The notes beneath the pieces were generated by a model, which did not search any database, was not told the origin of the DNA, and saw nothing but the letters and a program-made list of their open reading frames with translations. The position numbers and the translations under genes are program-made. Below, piece after piece: positions 61,645 through 64,000 of a DNA stretch of 64,000 nt; positions within the stretch are counted from its first letter, which is position 1; every line of letters starts with the position of its first letter. The DNA lies in contig CAXXWQ010000003.1 in NCBI GenBank assembly GCA_963674945.2, forward strand, positions 1,280,001-1,344,000, written 5' to 3'. The DNA is from an uncultured Desulfosarcina sp. (lineage in GTDB: Bacteria; Desulfobacterota; Desulfobacteria; Desulfobacterales; Desulfosarcinaceae).

Positions 61645-62241
61645 ATGGTCAGCAACTGGAAACGGGTGCGTTTGATGATATTGTTTGTCCTCCTGGTGGG
61701 ATGTGCAACCGGGATGAAGACCGAAAGGGTCCGCCCCGATTATGAGGATAAGGTATACACAACCTTCAGCGCAACGGATTTGATCATCATCGCCCAAGAG
61801 ATGACCCAATCTTTGGTGGATCATTTCAAATTTGGCGAGGAAAAACCATTGGTGCGAGTGGATGTGGTAAAAAACAAAACCGATGAGCATATCGATACAA
61901 AATCCATCACCGATTCCATCGTGACCAAACTGGTAAACAGCGGAAAAATAAGATTTTCCGTCGATTATGCGGAACGGGAAGAGTACGAGAAAAGGGCCGC
62001 AGAAGAGGCATTCGAAACCAGGATCAGTGAAGAGGACAGGCAAATGTTTCTTTCCGATCAGCAAGCACCCAAGTATCGAATATATGGTGAGTTGACAAAT
62101 ATGAAAACCATCACCGAAGACACCAAGGACGTCTTTTTCAAATTCACATTGAAAATGGTGGATTTCAGGACGGGTGCCCTGGAGTGGGCGGATGAAACCC
62201 AATTACGAAAGGTGGGGAAAAAAAGGATGTTTGGCTGGTAA
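61645..62241 (+). CDS. lpoB: LpoB-like lipoprotein (penicillin-binding protein activator family)
   Basis: Lipobox LVG-C, VKNKTDEHIDTKSITDSI..LVNSGK, TLKMVDFRTGALEW. Confidence 0.8.
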   Translation: MVSNWKRVRLMILFVLLVGCATGMKTERVRPDYEDKVYTTFSATDLIIIAQEMTQSLVDHFKFGEEKPLVRVDVVKNKTDEHIDTKSITDSIVTKLVNSGKIRFSVDYAEREEYEKRAAEEAFETRISEEDRQMFLSDQQAPKYRIYGELTNMKTITEDTKDVFFKFTLKMVDFRTGALEWADETQLRKVGKKRMFGW

Positions 62242-62267
62242 ACGACAATATTTATGGAGGCACGAGA

Positions 62268-63453
62268 ATGTCCCGTAATATAGGAAACATACCTTTCCTG
62301 ATCTTTATTTCTCTTCTTTCGGGATTCCTGTTGTTCCCCCCCCCATGTTCAATCCAACCAGAAATTCATTCACGCGTGCGGCATGGCTCCGGTGATCGAC
62401 AAAAATGTTGGCAGAGCAAGGACGCAGGCCCTTTCGGAGGCCAAAAGAAATGCCGTGGAGATCGGCATCGGCACCCTCGTCAGTTCACAGACACTGGTAA
62501 ACAACGCCGTTCTGGTCAGTGACCGCATCTACTCCCAGGCAGCCGGATATGTGACCGACTACAAAATCGTATCGGAGGGTGTCACGCCCAACGGCAGCAC
62601 GTTTGAGCTGTGCATGAATACAACAGTTGATATCGGGAATATCGAAGATGATCTCAGGGCCATCGGGATACTCAAACGGCAAGTGGGCAATCCCAGGTTT
62701 ATGACCTTGTACATTCCGGAAATCGAGGGGGGATCCGGAAATGTTGCACCTGTCGTTCAATCGATACGACGCGTCATCGATGATCTATTTATTGATAAAG
62801 GATTTATCGTTCTCGACAAGATGTTCGTCCGTGATTTTGTCAATAAGGTAAATCAAAAGAGTGCCGGTGACTTGAAAAATGTGTCCTCGATGGCGTTGAA
62901 GTATCAGGCAGACCTGATTCTGCTCTTCGATATCGACGCTACCGAACGGACCGATATTTCAAACAAGTATTTCAAGGAGGTCCATCTCGCCGTGGATATC
63001 CGTTCCGTTTCCCCTTCCACTTCCGATATCATCGCTGCCGGAGGGGAGTCAAAAACGGTGAGAACGTCAAGGAAAATGGACGGCGACTACCTCGAGAGTT
63101 CGGCGATCACGAGCGCCGCGACGAATCTTGCCGAACAGGTCGCCGAAAGCTTGTTGGGAGAAGTACTGGCCTACTTTGAAAGGCAAAGTCATGAAGGTAC
63201 CCGCTACAAGTGCCGTTTCTCAGGATTCACACAGATGGAACGGTTTGCCATCGTCGAAGTCATCGAAAACATGAATGGCGTCATGGATAAAAACATGAGG
63301 CGCCAGTCCACAGATTCCATTGAACTGGACATCGACTATTTCGGAAAGCGTTTCGATTTCCAGCGGGAACTGATATCAGGTCTTACCAAAAAGGGAATTG
63401 ACGTCGAAATAAAAGAATCGGAAGGCAATTCGTTTGTATTTACCAAACCATGA
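62268..63453 (+). pseudogene. Exported FlgT-N/LPP20-like protein, frameshifted at a C9 tract (or sequencing error)
   Basis: A signal-peptide ORF from 62268 (GGAGG RBS) joins the 62383..63453 frame (ARTQALSEAKRNAVE..G) if one C is removed from 62336-62344. Confidence 0.6.
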
Positions 63454-63518
63454 CGGTTAACGGCTGAAATCGTCGTGGAGCACCTTCGTCGTCGAAACCG
63501 GATTGAATAAAACAATAT

Positions 63519-64000
63519 ATGTTATTTTTTCAATATTTTAGGATAGAAGCGCCCTCAAAGATAGCATTCCGGCCAGAGATCAAGGCGGAGCCACGTTTCA
63601 AGCCGCAAGCATATATTGAATATGTTGAGGATTTGAAATGTGGCCCAACAAAGATATTGGGTTGGAAGAAATTTTGGAGATCACTTCTAATTATTATACT
63701 CTTTTGGGTCATTAGTTGCGCAGCCCAGATGCATACCGAACAAATGGCCGATATCAGGGGATCTCTTGCCGAAGGGCATAACCGATTGGACTTGCTTGAA
63801 GAAAGGGTTTGCACCAATAAGGGAGAATTTCGAAGCAACGCGGATCTTATCAATCTCCTGGAATTGGGTGCCCTTTACGCAATTGTCTCCGAATTTGTGA
63901 AAAGTAATGAAGTGCTCGAAATTGCCTACCGGAAATACACGAACCGGGAGGAACGAGCAAGGATCAGCGCGCGGGATACGACGAAAAATGCCCTGGATGT
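63519..64000 (+). CDS. Lipoprotein, COG3014-like, truncated by window edge
   Basis: Manual translation is open from ATG 63519 to the window end; lipobox VIS-C; LINLLELGALY..SNEVLEIAY. Family call from motif recall and lpoB context. Confidence 0.6.
   Translation, partial: MLFFQYFRIEAPSKIAFRPEIKAEPRFKPQAYIEYVEDLKCGPTKILGWKKFWRSLLIIILFWVISCAAQMHTEQMADIRGSLAEGHNRLDLLEERVCTNKGEFRSNADLINLLELGALYAIVSEFVKSNEVLEIAYRKYTNREERARISARDTTKNALD
63544..63689. mobile_element. MITE-like non-autonomous element with TA ends
   Basis: Terminal inverted repeats TAGAAGCG / CACTTCTA, internal inverted repeat gccacgtttcaa / ttgaaatgtggc; removing it restores a compact signal peptide. Confidence 0.7.

Overview
Bacterial chromosomal window whose gene content suggests an anaerobic sulfate-reducing Desulfobacterota-like organism (inference only). 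From left to right: (1) 1-13.4 kb, a dense two-component cluster with two membrane sensor kinases, two HisKA-only proteins, seven receiver domains, a degenerate sigma54-type activator, a PPDK-like ATP-grasp protein and a TauE/DUF1634 pair; (2) a TRAP transporter; (3) an AT-flanked four-gene cassette encoding a decaheme MtrA/DmsE cytochrome, an MtrB-type porin, a diheme lipoprotein and a Tat-exported FAD flavoenzyme lipoprotein; (4) recCBD; (5) an acyl-CoA ligase fused to a degenerate ASKHA domain, ridA, ubiB/phasin, and a cooC-deacetylase-CBS-prmA-MBL-sirtuin-RACo cluster; (6) an atypical rnf operon with a multiheme cytochrome, degenerate RnfC/RnfD flavin motifs and RnfB fused to an NAD(P)/FAD oxidoreductase; (7) a divergent Wadjet-like jetABCD operon followed by an SF2 helicase; (8) an lpoB-led lipoprotein operon with a homopolymer frameshift and an in-frame MITE-like insertion. 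The best candidates for undescribed systems are the porin-cytochrome/flavoenzyme cassette, the Wadjet-plus-helicase operon and the rewired Rnf. I recognised no rRNA, tRNA, CRISPR array, integrase or transposase. All calls come from reading motifs by eye; no database searches were run.
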